A stretch of DNA of 64,000 bases from Myxococcota bacterium (GCA_965228475.1 OZ245817.1:3584001-3648000), one strand, 5' to 3'; numbered from the stretch's first letter, positions 1 to 9,472 are shown. Notes: generated by a model from the sequence alone, not told the origin. Made by a program: numbers and translations.

Positions 1-2
1 CG

Positions 3-455
3 GGCTTCATGATCGGGAGCGCGGCCGAGCAGGCCGGGACGATCCGCGCCGGCATGAACGCGATGTTTGCGGTCCTCCAGACCGAGGTGCCGTGGTTCGC
101 CGTCGTCGTCCGCAAGTGCTTCGGCGTCGCCGCCGGCATCCACCTCGGGCCCGGCGCCACCACCGTGGCATGGCCTTCGGCGGAGAGCGGCGCCCTGCCG
201 GTGGAGAGCGGCGTGGCCCTCGCCTACCGGCGGGAGATCGAGGCGGCCGAGGACCCGGAGGCGCGCCGCCGGGAGCTCGAGGAAGAGATCGCCGCCGCGC
301 AGTCCGCCTTCCCGCGCGCCGAGGACTTCGGCGTGCACGACCTCATCGACCCGCGCGAAACGCGCCCCCGCCTGTGCGACTGGGTCCGCGAGGTGCAGCC
401 GAGCCTCGCAACCCTCGCCGGCGCCGCCCCCCGCCGCTACACGCTCCGCCCCTAG
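3..455 (+). CDS. Acyl-CoA carboxylase carboxyltransferase subunit, C-terminal part (5' truncated by window)
   Basis: GFMIG..AE..G.IR.G, RKCFGVA and HDLIDPRETR motifs of carboxyl_trans family; frame open from window start. Confidence 0.85.
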   Translation, partial: GFMIGSAAEQAGTIRAGMNAMFAVLQTEVPWFAVVVRKCFGVAAGIHLGPGATTVAWPSAESGALPVESGVALAYRREIEAAEDPEARRRELEEEIAAAQSAFPRAEDFGVHDLIDPRETRPRLCDWVREVQPSLATLAGAAPRRYTLRP

Positions 456-2431
456 CGCGTGACGATCGGGAACTCCGGGTCGAAGTCGTCGAGCAGCGAG
501 AAGAACCCGATCAGCGCGAGGCGGCTTCCGTCGACGTCGATGTCGCCGGCGAGAAGCCGGCTGCGGAGCGTGGTCTCGCGCGTGACGATAGCGTCCCAGG
601 TGGCGCGGGAAAGCTTGAGCGTGGCATCCGCGTCGTCGCGCGCGGGGCGTTGCTGGTGGTGGAGGACGCCGTTCTCGAGCCACAGCACGTGGTTCTCCTC
701 CCGGTCCGTGAACTGGAAGTTCAACACGACCTCCTCCTTCGCCGCCTCCGGCCCGTTCAAGCGCACCGCCAGGGCATCGAAGAAGAGATCGCTCGGCATC
801 GCGGAGACGATGTCCGAGGAGCCGGTCGTCTCGAAGGGCAAGGGGGACATGCCCTCGCGCAGCTCCTTCGAACCCGTGAGGTAGAAGGCTCGCCAGGGCC
901 CGGACTCCGCCTGATAGCCGAGCTGGTCGTAGGCCGCCGCGAGCAGCTCGCGCGCCGGCATGAACTCGGGCTCGGCGAACACCAGATGGTTCAGGACCAT
1001 GGCGACGAAGCGGTACTCGCCGGCGTCGTAGCTCTTCTGGGCCTTCTCGAGGAGCGCGTCGCGCCCGCCCATGAACTCGACGTAGCGCGGCCCGGCCTCC
1101 TCGGGCGGAAGCGGATCCAGGTTGGCCGGGTTCCCGTCGAACCAGCCGAAGTAGTGCTGGTAGACCGCCTTCGCGTTGTGCCGGACCGTCCCGTAGTAGC
1201 CGCGCACGGCGAAGGTCCGCGCGAGGCTCTCGGGCAGCTCGATCGTCTCGGCGATCTCGCGCGAAGTCAGGCCGTGATTCGCGAGCCGCAGCGTCTGGTC
1301 GTGGATGTACTTGTAGACGTCGCGCTGCTTCTTCAGGTAGTCGACGATCTCGGCGTTGCCCCAGGTCGGCCAGTGATGGCTCGCGAAGAGGATCTCCGCC
1401 TCACCCCCGAACAGGTCGAGGGTCTCCTGGATGTAGTTGCTCCAGAGAAGCGCATCGCGGACCTTCGCGCCGCGCAGCGTGTAGACGTTGTGCAGCACGT
1501 GGGAGACGTTCTCGGCGCCGCACAGGGCCTTGCGGTCCGGCAGCCAGATCATCATCTCCGCCGGCGCTTCCGCTCCCGGCGTGTTCTGGAAGACCATGCG
1601 GACGCCGTCCACCGTGATCTCGGTCGGCGTCGCATCGACCGTGCGATTGGGTGCACGCATCGTGAAGGAGCCCGGGGTCGACGCCTTGCCGAGCCCGGAA
1701 TCCACGTGCCCGCGTTCGCCGCGGTGGAGCAGGAAGCCGAACATGTAGCTGGCGCGCCGCGACATCGCGGTCCCGGCCAGGACGTTCTCCGAGACCGCTT
1801 CGACGACGAACCCCTCGGGCGCGATCACCGGGATCTCCCGGGCCCGCTCGATCGAGACCATCCCGCCGGCCCCGCCGAAGTGATCGATGTGGCTGTGCGT
1901 GTAGATCATCCCGGTGATCGGGCGCTCGCCGAGGTGCTGGGTGACGAGGCCGAGCGCCGCCTCGGCGGTCTCCTTCGTCATGCCGGGGTCGATCACGATC
2001 CAGCCGCCCGCGCCGGCGACGAAGGTCATGTTCGCGAGGTCGTAGCCGCGGACCTGGTAGATCCCCTCGGCCACTTCGAACAGGCCGTGGATCCCGTTGA
2101 GTTGGGCCTGGCGCCAGAGGCTCGGGTTCACGCTCGGCGGCGCGTCGCCCTCGATGAAGGCGAAGCGCTCGAGGTTCCAGACCTCGCGGCCCTCGGCGTC
2201 GAGGATGACGGGCTTCTCGAGCGCGCCGAGGAATCCGCGCTTCGCCGCGGCGAAGTCGGCCTCGTCCTCGAAGGGAAGTTCGTTGAGAACGGCGGCGTTG
2301 GCGCGCGCGGTCGTGGCGCTCGGTGCGACGTGCCCGCTGGTCTCGTCGCTCGCCTCCGGGAGCGGCGCGTCGTCGCCACAGGCGAACGCCAGCGCGGCCA
2401 GCAGGAGCGCCGCTGCGCGGGGAAGGGTCAT
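452..2431 (-). CDS. Alkyl/aryl sulfatase (SdsA1-type metallo-beta-lactamase fold, dimerisation and SCP2 domains), probable lipoprotein
   Basis: VNPSLWRQAQLN, YQVRGYDLAN, THSHIDHFGG, SHHWP, RGYYGT, WFDGNPANL motifs; N-terminal LAFAC lipobox. Confidence 0.93.
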   Translation of the reverse strand: MTLPRAAALLLAALAFACGDDAPLPEASDETSGHVAPSATTARANAAVLNELPFEDEADFAAAKRGFLGALEKPVILDAEGREVWNLERFAFIEGDAPPSVNPSLWRQAQLNGIHGLFEVAEGIYQVRGYDLANMTFVAGAGGWIVIDPGMTKETAEAALGLVTQHLGERPITGMIYTHSHIDHFGGAGGMVSIERAREIPVIAPEGFVVEAVSENVLAGTAMSRRASYMFGFLLHRGERGHVDSGLGKASTPGSFTMRAPNRTVDATPTEITVDGVRMVFQNTPGAEAPAEMMIWLPDRKALCGAENVSHVLHNVYTLRGAKVRDALLWSNYIQETLDLFGGEAEILFASHHWPTWGNAEIVDYLKKQRDVYKYIHDQTLRLANHGLTSREIAETIELPESLARTFAVRGYYGTVRHNAKAVYQHYFGWFDGNPANLDPLPPEEAGPRYVEFMGGRDALLEKAQKSYDAGEYRFVAMVLNHLVFAEPEFMPARELLAAAYDQLGYQAESGPWRAFYLTGSKELREGMSPLPFETTGSSDIVSAMPSDLFFDALAVRLNGPEAAKEEVVLNFQFTDREENHVLWLENGVLHHQQRPARDDADATLKLSRATWDAIVTRETTLRSRLLAGDIDVDGSRLALIGFFSLLDDFDPEFPIVTR

Positions 2432-2440
2432 CTCGTCCTC

Positions 2441-3223
2441 CTAGCGATTCCGGTACTTGGGGTCGCGGTCTTCGGCGCGGGCCGCCTTCATCTCCGCGTA
2501 GTCCTCGGAGGCAAAGACCATCGACTGCGTCACGGCCTCCTCCTCGATGGAGCGCTTCACCAGCGGATGCCCCATGCGGCCGAGCGTGCGGCGGAACATC
2601 TTCACGGTGAAGGCGGGCGCGGCCGCGATGGCGTGGGCCATCTCCATGGCGGTGGTGTCGAGCTCTGCATCGGGGACGACGCGTGAGACGATGCCGTGGC
2701 GGAGCGCCTCCTCCGCGCCGAGCGGGCGGCCGGTCAGCGCGAGGTCCGCGACGAGGCCGTGCCCCGCCATCTGGAAGAGCCGCGCCGTGCCGCCGGTGTC
2801 CGGAACCACGCCGTGCTTCACCTCGGGAAGCATCATGCGCGCGCTCTCGGCCGCGATGCGGATGTCGCAGAGCAGCGCCCGCTCGAAGGAGCCGCCGATC
2901 GTCCAGCCCTTCATGGCGACGAGGATCGGCGCCGGGCAGCTGAAGAACCGCTGGGTGCCGCGATGGCCGCGCTCGATGAAGTCGAAGTCGCTGATGTCTT
3001 CGGTACGGACGCCGAGTTCGCTGGTGTCGCGGCCCGAGGAGAAGGACTTCCCCTCTCCGCGCCAGACGACGGCGCGCACGCCGGGCGTTTCGTGGATCTC
3101 CGCGAGCACCTCCCAGAGCCGCGTATCCATCTCGTCGTTGGCCGCGTTGTGCTTGTCCGGGCGGTTGTTCGTCATGACGGCGACGGGGCCGTCGAACTCG
3201 AGCAGGATGGTGTCGCTTGCCAA
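2441..3223 (-). CDS. Enoyl-CoA hydratase/isomerase family protein
   Basis: NRPDKHNA, FSSGRD, IGGSFE, CDIRIA, PEVKHG crotonase motifs. Confidence 0.9.
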   Translation of the reverse strand: MASDTILLEFDGPVAVMTNNRPDKHNAANDEMDTRLWEVLAEIHETPGVRAVVWRGEGKSFSSGRDTSELGVRTEDISDFDFIERGHRGTQRFFSCPAPILVAMKGWTIGGSFERALLCDIRIAAESARMMLPEVKHGVVPDTGGTARLFQMAGHGLVADLALTGRPLGAEEALRHGIVSRVVPDAELDTTAMEMAHAIAAAPAFTVKMFRRTLGRMGHPLVKRSIEEEAVTQSMVFASEDYAEMKAARAEDRDPKYRNR

Positions 3224-3235
3224 CGTCTCTCCCTT

Positions 3236-3273
3236 GAAACGGAACCGGGGCGGCCCTCGCCAGGCCGCCCCGG
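3236..3273 (-). terminator. Probable intrinsic terminator downstream of the TRL-like gene
   Basis: 11-bp perfect stem CCGGGGCGGCC/GGCCGCCCCGG (3245-3273), 7-nt loop, followed on minus strand by TTCCGTTTC. Confidence 0.65.
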
Positions 3274-3281
3274 CCTTGGGT

Positions 3282-3596
3282 CTAGTCGCCCCGAACGATC
3301 GTGCAGAACGTCCCGACGATGCCGAGGAAGTTCGTCGACTGATGTTCGATGGTCTTCACGTTCGAGATGCCGCCGTTCGCCGCGGCCGCGCTGATGCTCG
3401 CGTCGCCGGTGGCGATCATGCTCAGGAACGAGCTGGCGCAGGCCTCGCCGCGCTTCGAACCGAGCGAGCCTTCGGCGTCGATCGGCCCCTTCACGTTGGT
3501 GTAGAGCGTGCCGATGGCCGGCGACGCCACGGCCATGCATCCGGCGAGCGGCAGGCTGACGGCCAGGATCAGGGCGAGCTGAGCGATCTTCTTCAT
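3282..3596 (-). CDS. TRL-like family lipoprotein
   Basis: GGAGGG RBS, MKKI..LAGC lipobox, GEAC...ATGDASI..A...GGI...LG....CT.V.G pattern of TRL-like family. Confidence 0.8.
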   Translation of the reverse strand: MKKIAQLALILAVSLPLAGCMAVASPAIGTLYTNVKGPIDAEGSLGSKRGEACASSFLSMIATGDASISAAAANGGISNVKTIEHQSTNFLGIVGTFCTIVRGD

Positions 3597-3677
3597 GATT
3601 CCCTCCATGTCCGGCACGATCCGTCGCACCGGGCCCAAAAGGGTAGAGAGTTGCTCAACGGCCGCATGTGAGCGGGG

Positions 3678-4499
3678 TCACCGCCCACGGAACACCGGCG
3701 CGCGCTTCTCGGCGAAGGCTGCGACGGCCTCGAGGTAGTCCTCGCTCGTCGCGCCTTCGACCATGCGTTCAGCTTCCACGTCGAGACAGCTCGCGAGACT
3801 TTCTGTCAGCGCGCGGTTCAGATTGTCCTTCATGAAGCGCAGGGCGATGGGTGGCCCGGCGGCGATCTTGCGCGCCCAGGCGAAGGCTTCCTCCGAAAGC
3901 GCCTCGTCCGGAACGACTCGGTTCACGATGCCGAGACGCTCGCACTCCGCGGCCGCGACCCGATCCGCCGTGTAGAAGAGCTCCCGCGCCCGGGCCGGCC
4001 CCGCGAGCTGGGTGAGAAACCAGGCGGCGCCATAGTCCCCCGAGAGCCCGAGCCGCACGTAGGAGGTGGTGATGAAGGCCGACTCGGCCGCGATCCGCAG
4101 GTCCGCGGCCAGCGCGATGCCGAGCCCGGCGCCGGCCGCCGCACCGGGCAACGCCACGATCGTCGGCTTCTCCATCGTGTGGAGGAGCCAGGGGATGCCG
4201 TGCTCCTCCCGCAGCTTCGCCACCCGCTCGGCCGGCGACGGCGGCTTGCCCTCACTCTTCATGCGCTTGGTGTCGCCGCCCGCGCAGAACGCGCTGCCCG
4301 CACCGGTCAGGAGGACGCAGCCGACGCCCTCGTCGGCCCGGGCCGCACCGAGCACCGCGAGCAGGGCGTCCTTCATCTCCCAGGTGAGCGCGTTCTTCGC
4401 TTCGGGGCGGTCGAGGGTCACCACGGCGACGCGCTCTTCCACGCGGGCGGTGATCTGGTCGCTGCCGGTCTCGAGCGGGCGGGCCGCGCTTGAACGCAA
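3678..4499 (-). CDS. Enoyl-CoA hydratase/isomerase family protein
   Basis: DRPEAKNAL, FCAGGD, AAGAG, ADLRIA, GLSGDYG; TTG start at 4499 after GGAGG. Confidence 0.88.
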   Translation of the reverse strand: MRSSAARPLETGSDQITARVEERVAVVTLDRPEAKNALTWEMKDALLAVLGAARADEGVGCVLLTGAGSAFCAGGDTKRMKSEGKPPSPAERVAKLREEHGIPWLLHTMEKPTIVALPGAAAGAGLGIALAADLRIAAESAFITTSYVRLGLSGDYGAAWFLTQLAGPARARELFYTADRVAAAECERLGIVNRVVPDEALSEEAFAWARKIAAGPPIALRFMKDNLNRALTESLASCLDVEAERMVEGATSEDYLEAVAAFAEKRAPVFRGR

Positions 4500-4607
4500 G
4501 GGATCCTCCGGGGCCCGGCCCGATGCCGGGGCCCTGCGAGGGCACAGCCTATCACCCCGGGCGCCCATGCTACCGTGCGCGCGGGTTCCGATTCTCGAGG
4601 AGAAGGC

Positions 4608-5486
4608 ATGGGCTTGCCCGAACCGCCGGCGCTCGGCGCGGCCGCGCTCCCGGAGGGGACGTTCGCCGGCCGGGTCGTGCTCGTGACCGGGGGCGGAACC
4701 GGCCTCGGAAAGGCCATGGCCGTCGAATTCGCGCGCCTCGGCGCCGCCGTGGCCATCGTCTCCCGCAAGGAAGAGCACCGCAGGGCCGGCGTGGCCGCGG
4801 TCGAAGCGGTGGGCGCCCGGGCCATGGACACGGCCTGCGACATCCGGGACCCGGAGGCCATCGCCGCGAGCTTCGACGCCGTCGAAGCCGAGCTCGGCCG
4901 GCCCGACGTGCTCGTGAACAACGCCGCGGGGAACTTCCCCGTCCCCGCCGAGGACATGAGCCCGAACGCCTGGCGCGCGGTCGTCGACATCGTGCTGAAC
5001 GGGACGTTCTTCTGCTCGCGCGAGCTGGCGCGGCGGCACATCGCCGCCGGCAGTCCGGCCTCGATCGTGAACGTCGGCGCGGCCTACGCCTGGACGGGCG
5101 GCCCGGGCTTCGCCCACAGCGCGGCCGCCAAGGCCGGCGTGAAGAACCTCACCGAAACGCTCGCCGTCGAGTGGGCGCCCTACGGCATCCGCGTGAACGG
5201 CCTCGTGCCCGGCCTCTTCCCTCACGACGACGAGACCCACGCCATCCGCAGCGTGCCCGAGCGCCGCAAGAGCGACGCCCTGCGCTCGCCGGCGCACCGC
5301 GTCGGTCAGCCCCACGAGCTCGGCTGGGCGGCGACCTTCCTCGCCTCGCCCTTCGCCTCCTACGTCACCGGCCACACGCTCGTCGTCGACGGGGCGAACT
5401 GGCAGCGGCGCGCGATGCTGATGCCCGAGTTCACCCCCATCCGCGAGCAGCTCGGCAAGCCGCCCTTCACCCTGGACTCGGAGTAA
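4608..5486 (+). CDS. SDR oxidoreductase (2,4-dienoyl-CoA reductase-like)
   Basis: TGGGTGLG, NNAAGNF, HSAAAKAGV, LAVEWAPYGIRVN; GAGGAG RBS. Confidence 0.9.
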   Translation: MGLPEPPALGAAALPEGTFAGRVVLVTGGGTGLGKAMAVEFARLGAAVAIVSRKEEHRRAGVAAVEAVGARAMDTACDIRDPEAIAASFDAVEAELGRPDVLVNNAAGNFPVPAEDMSPNAWRAVVDIVLNGTFFCSRELARRHIAAGSPASIVNVGAAYAWTGGPGFAHSAAAKAGVKNLTETLAVEWAPYGIRVNGLVPGLFPHDDETHAIRSVPERRKSDALRSPAHRVGQPHELGWAATFLASPFASYVTGHTLVVDGANWQRRAMLMPEFTPIREQLGKPPFTLDSE

Positions 5487-5490
5487 CCCG

Positions 5491-6108
5491 GTGGCCCTCG
5501 ACCTCGCCGAACTCGTCGCCCCGGGCCACACGGCCCTCGTCACCCAGGAGATCCAGCGCGGGGTCGTCGGGGATCTCTCGCAGCTCCCGGAACTCGCGGC
5601 CGCCGCGCAGCCGACCTTCCCGAACATCGCGCGGCTCGCGGAGGCGGCCCGCGCCGCGGGCGTCCCGGTCCTGCACTGCACGGCCGAGCGCCGCGCCGAC
5701 GGCCAGGGCGCCAACGCCAACGCCCGCATCTTCCAGTACATGGCGAAGGCGCCGGTCAAGCTCCTGCCGGGCTCCGAGGCCGCGGCGATCGTGCCCGAGG
5801 TCCCGGTCGCCGAGTCCGACGTCGTCGTGCCCCGGCTGCACGGCCTCTCCCCCTTCCAGGGGACCGAGCTCGACTTCCTGCTGCGCAACCTCGGCGTGCG
5901 CACGATCATCGGGACGGGCGTCTCGGTGAACGTCGCGATCACCAACCTGAGCCTCGACGGCGTCAACGCCGGCTATCAGATGGTGCTCCCGCGCGACGCC
6001 GTGGCGGGCTTCCCGGAGAGCTACGTCGAACAGGTCTTCCAGCACACCCTCGGCGCCGTCGCGACCGTGACGGACACCGAGGCGATCCTGCGAGCCTGGG
6101 AATCATGA
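5491..6108 (+). CDS. Isochorismatase/cysteine hydrolase family protein
   Basis: TALVTQEIQ, SPFQGTELD.LLRNLGV.T, GVSVNVAI, DAVAG; usual catalytic Cys appears replaced. Confidence 0.8.
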   Translation: MALDLAELVAPGHTALVTQEIQRGVVGDLSQLPELAAAAQPTFPNIARLAEAARAAGVPVLHCTAERRADGQGANANARIFQYMAKAPVKLLPGSEAAAIVPEVPVAESDVVVPRLHGLSPFQGTELDFLLRNLGVRTIIGTGVSVNVAITNLSLDGVNAGYQMVLPRDAVAGFPESYVEQVFQHTLGAVATVTDTEAILRAWES

Positions 6109-6806
6109 GCGAGATCCCGATCGAACCGACGAACACTCCGGAGGTTCCGAAACCATCGGGCACGGTCGTGGCCGTGCGCGACGCCTCGGCCGGGCTCGAG
6201 GTGCTGCTGCTCCAGCGCGCGGTGCGCCCGGGCCAGGACGGCCAGGCGCCCTGGGTCTTCCCCGGCGGCAAGGTCGAACCCGCCGACAGCGAGCGCGGCG
6301 GCGGGCACGCGGAGCACGACGCCCGCCACGCCGCCGTCCGCGAAGCCGAGGAAGAGGCCGGCCTCGCCCTCGAGCCGAGCGGCCTCGTGACGATCTCACG
6401 CTGGATCACGCCCAAGGTGCGCGCCAAGCGCTTCGATACCTGGTTCTTCCTCGCGCGGGTCGCCGAGCACGCTCCGGTGACCGTGGACGGCCAGGAGATC
6501 GGCGACCACGCCTGGCTCCGGCCGGGAGACGCCATCGACCGCTACGAGGCGGGCCGCCTCTCGCTCGCGCCGCCCACCTTCGTGACCGTGAGCTGGCTGC
6601 TCGAGCACTCGGACACCGAGACCGCCGCGCGCCAGCTCGGCGAAGCCGACCTCATCACCTTCGAGCCGCGCATCCACGTCATCGAAGGCGGCGCCTGCAT
6701 CCTCTACCCGGGCGACGCCGGCTACGACGACGGCACCATCGAGCACGCCGGCCCGAAGCACCGCCTCTGGAGCGACGGGAAGAAGTTCCGCTACGAAAGG
6801 GCCTAG
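6105..6806 (+). CDS. NUDIX hydrolase
   Basis: WVFPGGKVE...AAVREAEEEAG Nudix box; WITP...RFDTWFF. Confidence 0.9.
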   Translation: MSEIPIEPTNTPEVPKPSGTVVAVRDASAGLEVLLLQRAVRPGQDGQAPWVFPGGKVEPADSERGGGHAEHDARHAAVREAEEEAGLALEPSGLVTISRWITPKVRAKRFDTWFFLARVAEHAPVTVDGQEIGDHAWLRPGDAIDRYEAGRLSLAPPTFVTVSWLLEHSDTETAARQLGEADLITFEPRIHVIEGGACILYPGDAGYDDGTIEHAGPKHRLWSDGKKFRYERA

Positions 6807-6809
6807 AGC

Positions 6810-7892
6810 CTACGTGAGCAGCCCCTTCTCTTCTTCGACCTGATTGGACACAAAAGCCAGGTGATGGCTGGTCCCAGCCTGTCGCCACTTGCTTCCGTTC
6901 CCTGGACCCTCTACCTCGACAGAGCAGTTGAAGAAATAGGCGTCGCCGTCGCTAAACGACCGTCCGGAGTACTCATCACGCACCACGAGCTTCCGACAGA
7001 GTTCGTGGAATTGGCCGTTTCCACGCCCTCGAGTGCCCTCTCCCTTGATTACAAGCCAGGCATGCTCGGTGGTGTACCGGATATTCGCGCTCATGTTCAT
7101 GACCGCCCGATCCACGTCAGGCGAGATCGGGTGAGCCACCCCGTAATCTGCATACCGAGGAGTTCGCACAGATCGGAGGCTACGCACGAGTGCTGTCCAC
7201 AGAGTCCACTCGAGACGCGGGATGAACTCCTCGGAGTTGCGTTCCACGTTGGTCAGGAACTCGGGGAACGACCCACCTGCGAACCAAAGCGACCGCCACC
7301 GATCCATCAACGGCAGAGACGAGAAGGTGTCAACGAGCAGTTGGAGATCGGACGCCTCATCTTCTTCTCGAAGGAACTTTAGATCGACAACCAGATCCAC
7401 CTCTTCCGGCGGAAGCTCCAAATGGTCGAGAAGAGCCTCGACACTATCTTTGACAGCGACATGCCCAAAGACATCTTCACGTTCAAGCCGAACAATCACA
7501 CCGCTCCCGGCGCGGCGGGCCTGTTGACTCGCGACACGGTTGTAGCTGTCGTCCCGGTTCAGTCCCGTCGATGGAATGACAATCGTGTCGTGATCCAGCG
7601 CCCACGAGAGAACGGTGTCGAGGGCGATAGCTCCGCTGTCAGCACCGTCGCCATCGAGGAACCCTCCGTCGACGCCACAGCCCTGAGCACTCCGTAGGGC
7701 GCCGCCGAGCCCCCTAACAAAACTCTCGACGTGGCCTTCGAGAGACTTCGCCGGGCGTTCCTCTTTGAAGTCCCAAGGAATCCGCGGAATCTCGAGGATC
7801 GGACGTTCGCCCTCTCGGAAGCCGCGGTCCCTCAGGGCCCAAAACTCTCCCTGCTTGCCCTTCAGGATCGGCATGTATGTCGGCACATTCAT
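6810..7892 (-). CDS. Beta family protein (P4 Beta-like)
   Basis: N-terminal YMPILKGKQGE..AL, GSFP, YADYG, IRYT, GD.Y and C-terminal GN...WR..G..HHL pattern; start overlaps upstream stop (ATGA). Confidence 0.78.
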   Translation of the reverse strand: MNVPTYMPILKGKQGEFWALRDRGFREGERPILEIPRIPWDFKEERPAKSLEGHVESFVRGLGGALRSAQGCGVDGGFLDGDGADSGAIALDTVLSWALDHDTIVIPSTGLNRDDSYNRVASQQARRAGSGVIVRLEREDVFGHVAVKDSVEALLDHLELPPEEVDLVVDLKFLREEDEASDLQLLVDTFSSLPLMDRWRSLWFAGGSFPEFLTNVERNSEEFIPRLEWTLWTALVRSLRSVRTPRYADYGVAHPISPDVDRAVMNMSANIRYTTEHAWLVIKGEGTRGRGNGQFHELCRKLVVRDEYSGRSFSDGDAYFFNCSVEVEGPGNGSKWRQAGTSHHLAFVSNQVEEEKGLLT

Positions 7893-9106
7893 CGCCCAAA
7901 GACCTCCGGGAAGTGGCGTCGGACCTCTCCCGACGGCACGAGCGAACCCAAGATTCTGTAGTCGTTCGCTTCAAAGCGGATTCGGCCGGCCACTACAGAG
8001 GGGTGAACCCCCAGGCTCCGAGCTAGATCGAGAACCGCAGGAACACTCCGGACCGAATAGGCGCGGCTGGCACGAAATGCTGGCGACGGAACTAGCGCCT
8101 CGCGGGCAACCAGGTCCGCCTCTTTCTCGACAGCTGACTCCTTCGTCGGAGACTCCATGTCATCGATGTATGGCGCGCCTACCTCCGGGTCAAGATGGAG
8201 AGCGATGTGGGCCAGCTCATGCAGCAAGCAGAACCAGAACGAGTCCACCCGATCATGGCGGATCGTCAAGGCGACGATCGGCTTGCCGTCCGCCGACAAC
8301 AGTGCTGCACCATCTAGGTGCGTTCCGGTGAGATGACGTTCGACAACGAGATGCACTCCCAGATCCCCAAGCGCCGCTACGGCACGGAGGGGGCCATCCT
8401 CAAAGACGCTGAGCTGGGCGATACGGCGGAAGCATGCTGAATCGATTCGGGTCCGATCGAACTCGGTTTCCAGTGGCGACTCGGCAGCGCGAATCCGGAC
8501 TCTCGTGCACCATGCGTCCAGAGCATAAAGGTTGATTGCCCTTGCGCTGCGGAGCGTCCTGGTACGCTTGAGTAGCGAGCCGTAGGCAGATCCATGCCCA
8601 AGGAGGGGCTCAGCGAACCGCTCCATCAATTCCTTGGCGTGCGATTTCATGATGCGCTTGGGTGCATCAAGCCAGCCGAGCTTGGCCATCTCCCTGAGCG
8701 GATACTTGGACCAGTCCGGCTCGGCCCCAGCCTGCACTTCGCTCGGTTCATCTCGAAGGAACACCGCCGCAGGAATCCCGAGCCCTCGGTGTAGCGCGCG
8801 CATCATCGTCAGCGTGAGCGGTCTCTTGTGATTCAGCACTTCAGAGACACGCGACCTACTGCCGATGAACGGAATCAGATCGCGCTGTTCAAGGCCCATC
8901 TGCTCCATCCGAAACTTGATCGCATCGACTGGTGTGGGCAGTTCCAGAGGGAAAGCTTTGCCCTCGTACTCTTCAACGAGCATCGAGAGCACTTCAAGCG
9001 ATTCGGAGTCCGGCGACCCAACCTCCGGACTTGTCCGCAACAAGCGATCGATCTCGGCCAGGGCGGCCGCGTGATCTGTTTCATTTCGGATCTTGGTCAG
9101 GCGCAT
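7889..9106 (-). CDS. HigA-type XRE-HTH antitoxin fused to ImmA/IrrE Zn metallopeptidase
   Basis: PTPVDAIKFRMEQMGLEQRDL...GSRSRVSEVLNHKRPLTL HTH; LDGAA, R.DR.D.FWF.LLHELAH (HExxH), EKEAD. Confidence 0.9.
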   Translation of the reverse strand: MRLTKIRNETDHAAALAEIDRLLRTSPEVGSPDSESLEVLSMLVEEYEGKAFPLELPTPVDAIKFRMEQMGLEQRDLIPFIGSRSRVSEVLNHKRPLTLTMMRALHRGLGIPAAVFLRDEPSEVQAGAEPDWSKYPLREMAKLGWLDAPKRIMKSHAKELMERFAEPLLGHGSAYGSLLKRTRTLRSARAINLYALDAWCTRVRIRAAESPLETEFDRTRIDSACFRRIAQLSVFEDGPLRAVAALGDLGVHLVVERHLTGTHLDGAALLSADGKPIVALTIRHDRVDSFWFCLLHELAHIALHLDPEVGAPYIDDMESPTKESAVEKEADLVAREALVPSPAFRASRAYSVRSVPAVLDLARSLGVHPSVVAGRIRFEANDYRILGSLVPSGEVRRHFPEVFGR

Positions 9107-9107
9107 A

Positions 9108-9392
9108 TCAGTCAAACTTCCAGCTGTCGTACTGTTCATGGGTTCCGACTCGGAGAACCAAGACAGTTCCCGGGTCGAAATGAATCCGAGTATCTAGGCG
9201 GTACTTGTTGCCACCGATGTTGAACACGTAGTGACCGCCGATGATGCTCATGTGGGGGTAGCGTGCCTTGACCGAGGCCGGACCAACCCAAGTGGCCTCT
9301 TTGACTTCAGCTACCCACGACGCGAGCGGCGAGCGAGCTCGCTCGTGCTTTCGAATGAACTTGGCCAAGAGATGTGTCCCGAGGACGCGCAC
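9108..9392 (-). CDS. higB: HigB-family type II toxin (mRNA interferase)
   Basis: W...V....W.....VK..YP, VFNIGGNKYRL, VGTHEQYD; GTG start inferred; toxin-first gene order. Confidence 0.85.
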   Translation of the reverse strand: MRVLGTHLLAKFIRKHERARSPLASWVAEVKEATWVGPASVKARYPHMSIIGGHYVFNIGGNKYRLDTRIHFDPGTVLVLRVGTHEQYDSWKFD

Positions 9393-9410
9393 CGCCAGGA
9401 TATACATTAG

Positions 9411-9472
9411 TCCCAAATTGGGATCAACTAAATCGATCCCAATCTGGATAGCGAATAAAAGACGAAAGTCAA
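9411..9472 (-). promoter_or_regulatory. Putative higB promoter with overlapping operator palindromes
   Basis: TTGACT -35 (9472-9467); palindrome TCCCAAATTGGGA (9411-9423); perfect 9-bp inverted repeat ATTGGGATC-N9-GATCCCAAT (9417-9443). Confidence 0.65.

Noticed and set aside
3678..5966. 762-aa minus-strand ORF
   Set aside because: Only the last 273 aa are a crotonase; the rest is antisense to the SDR and isochorismatase genes
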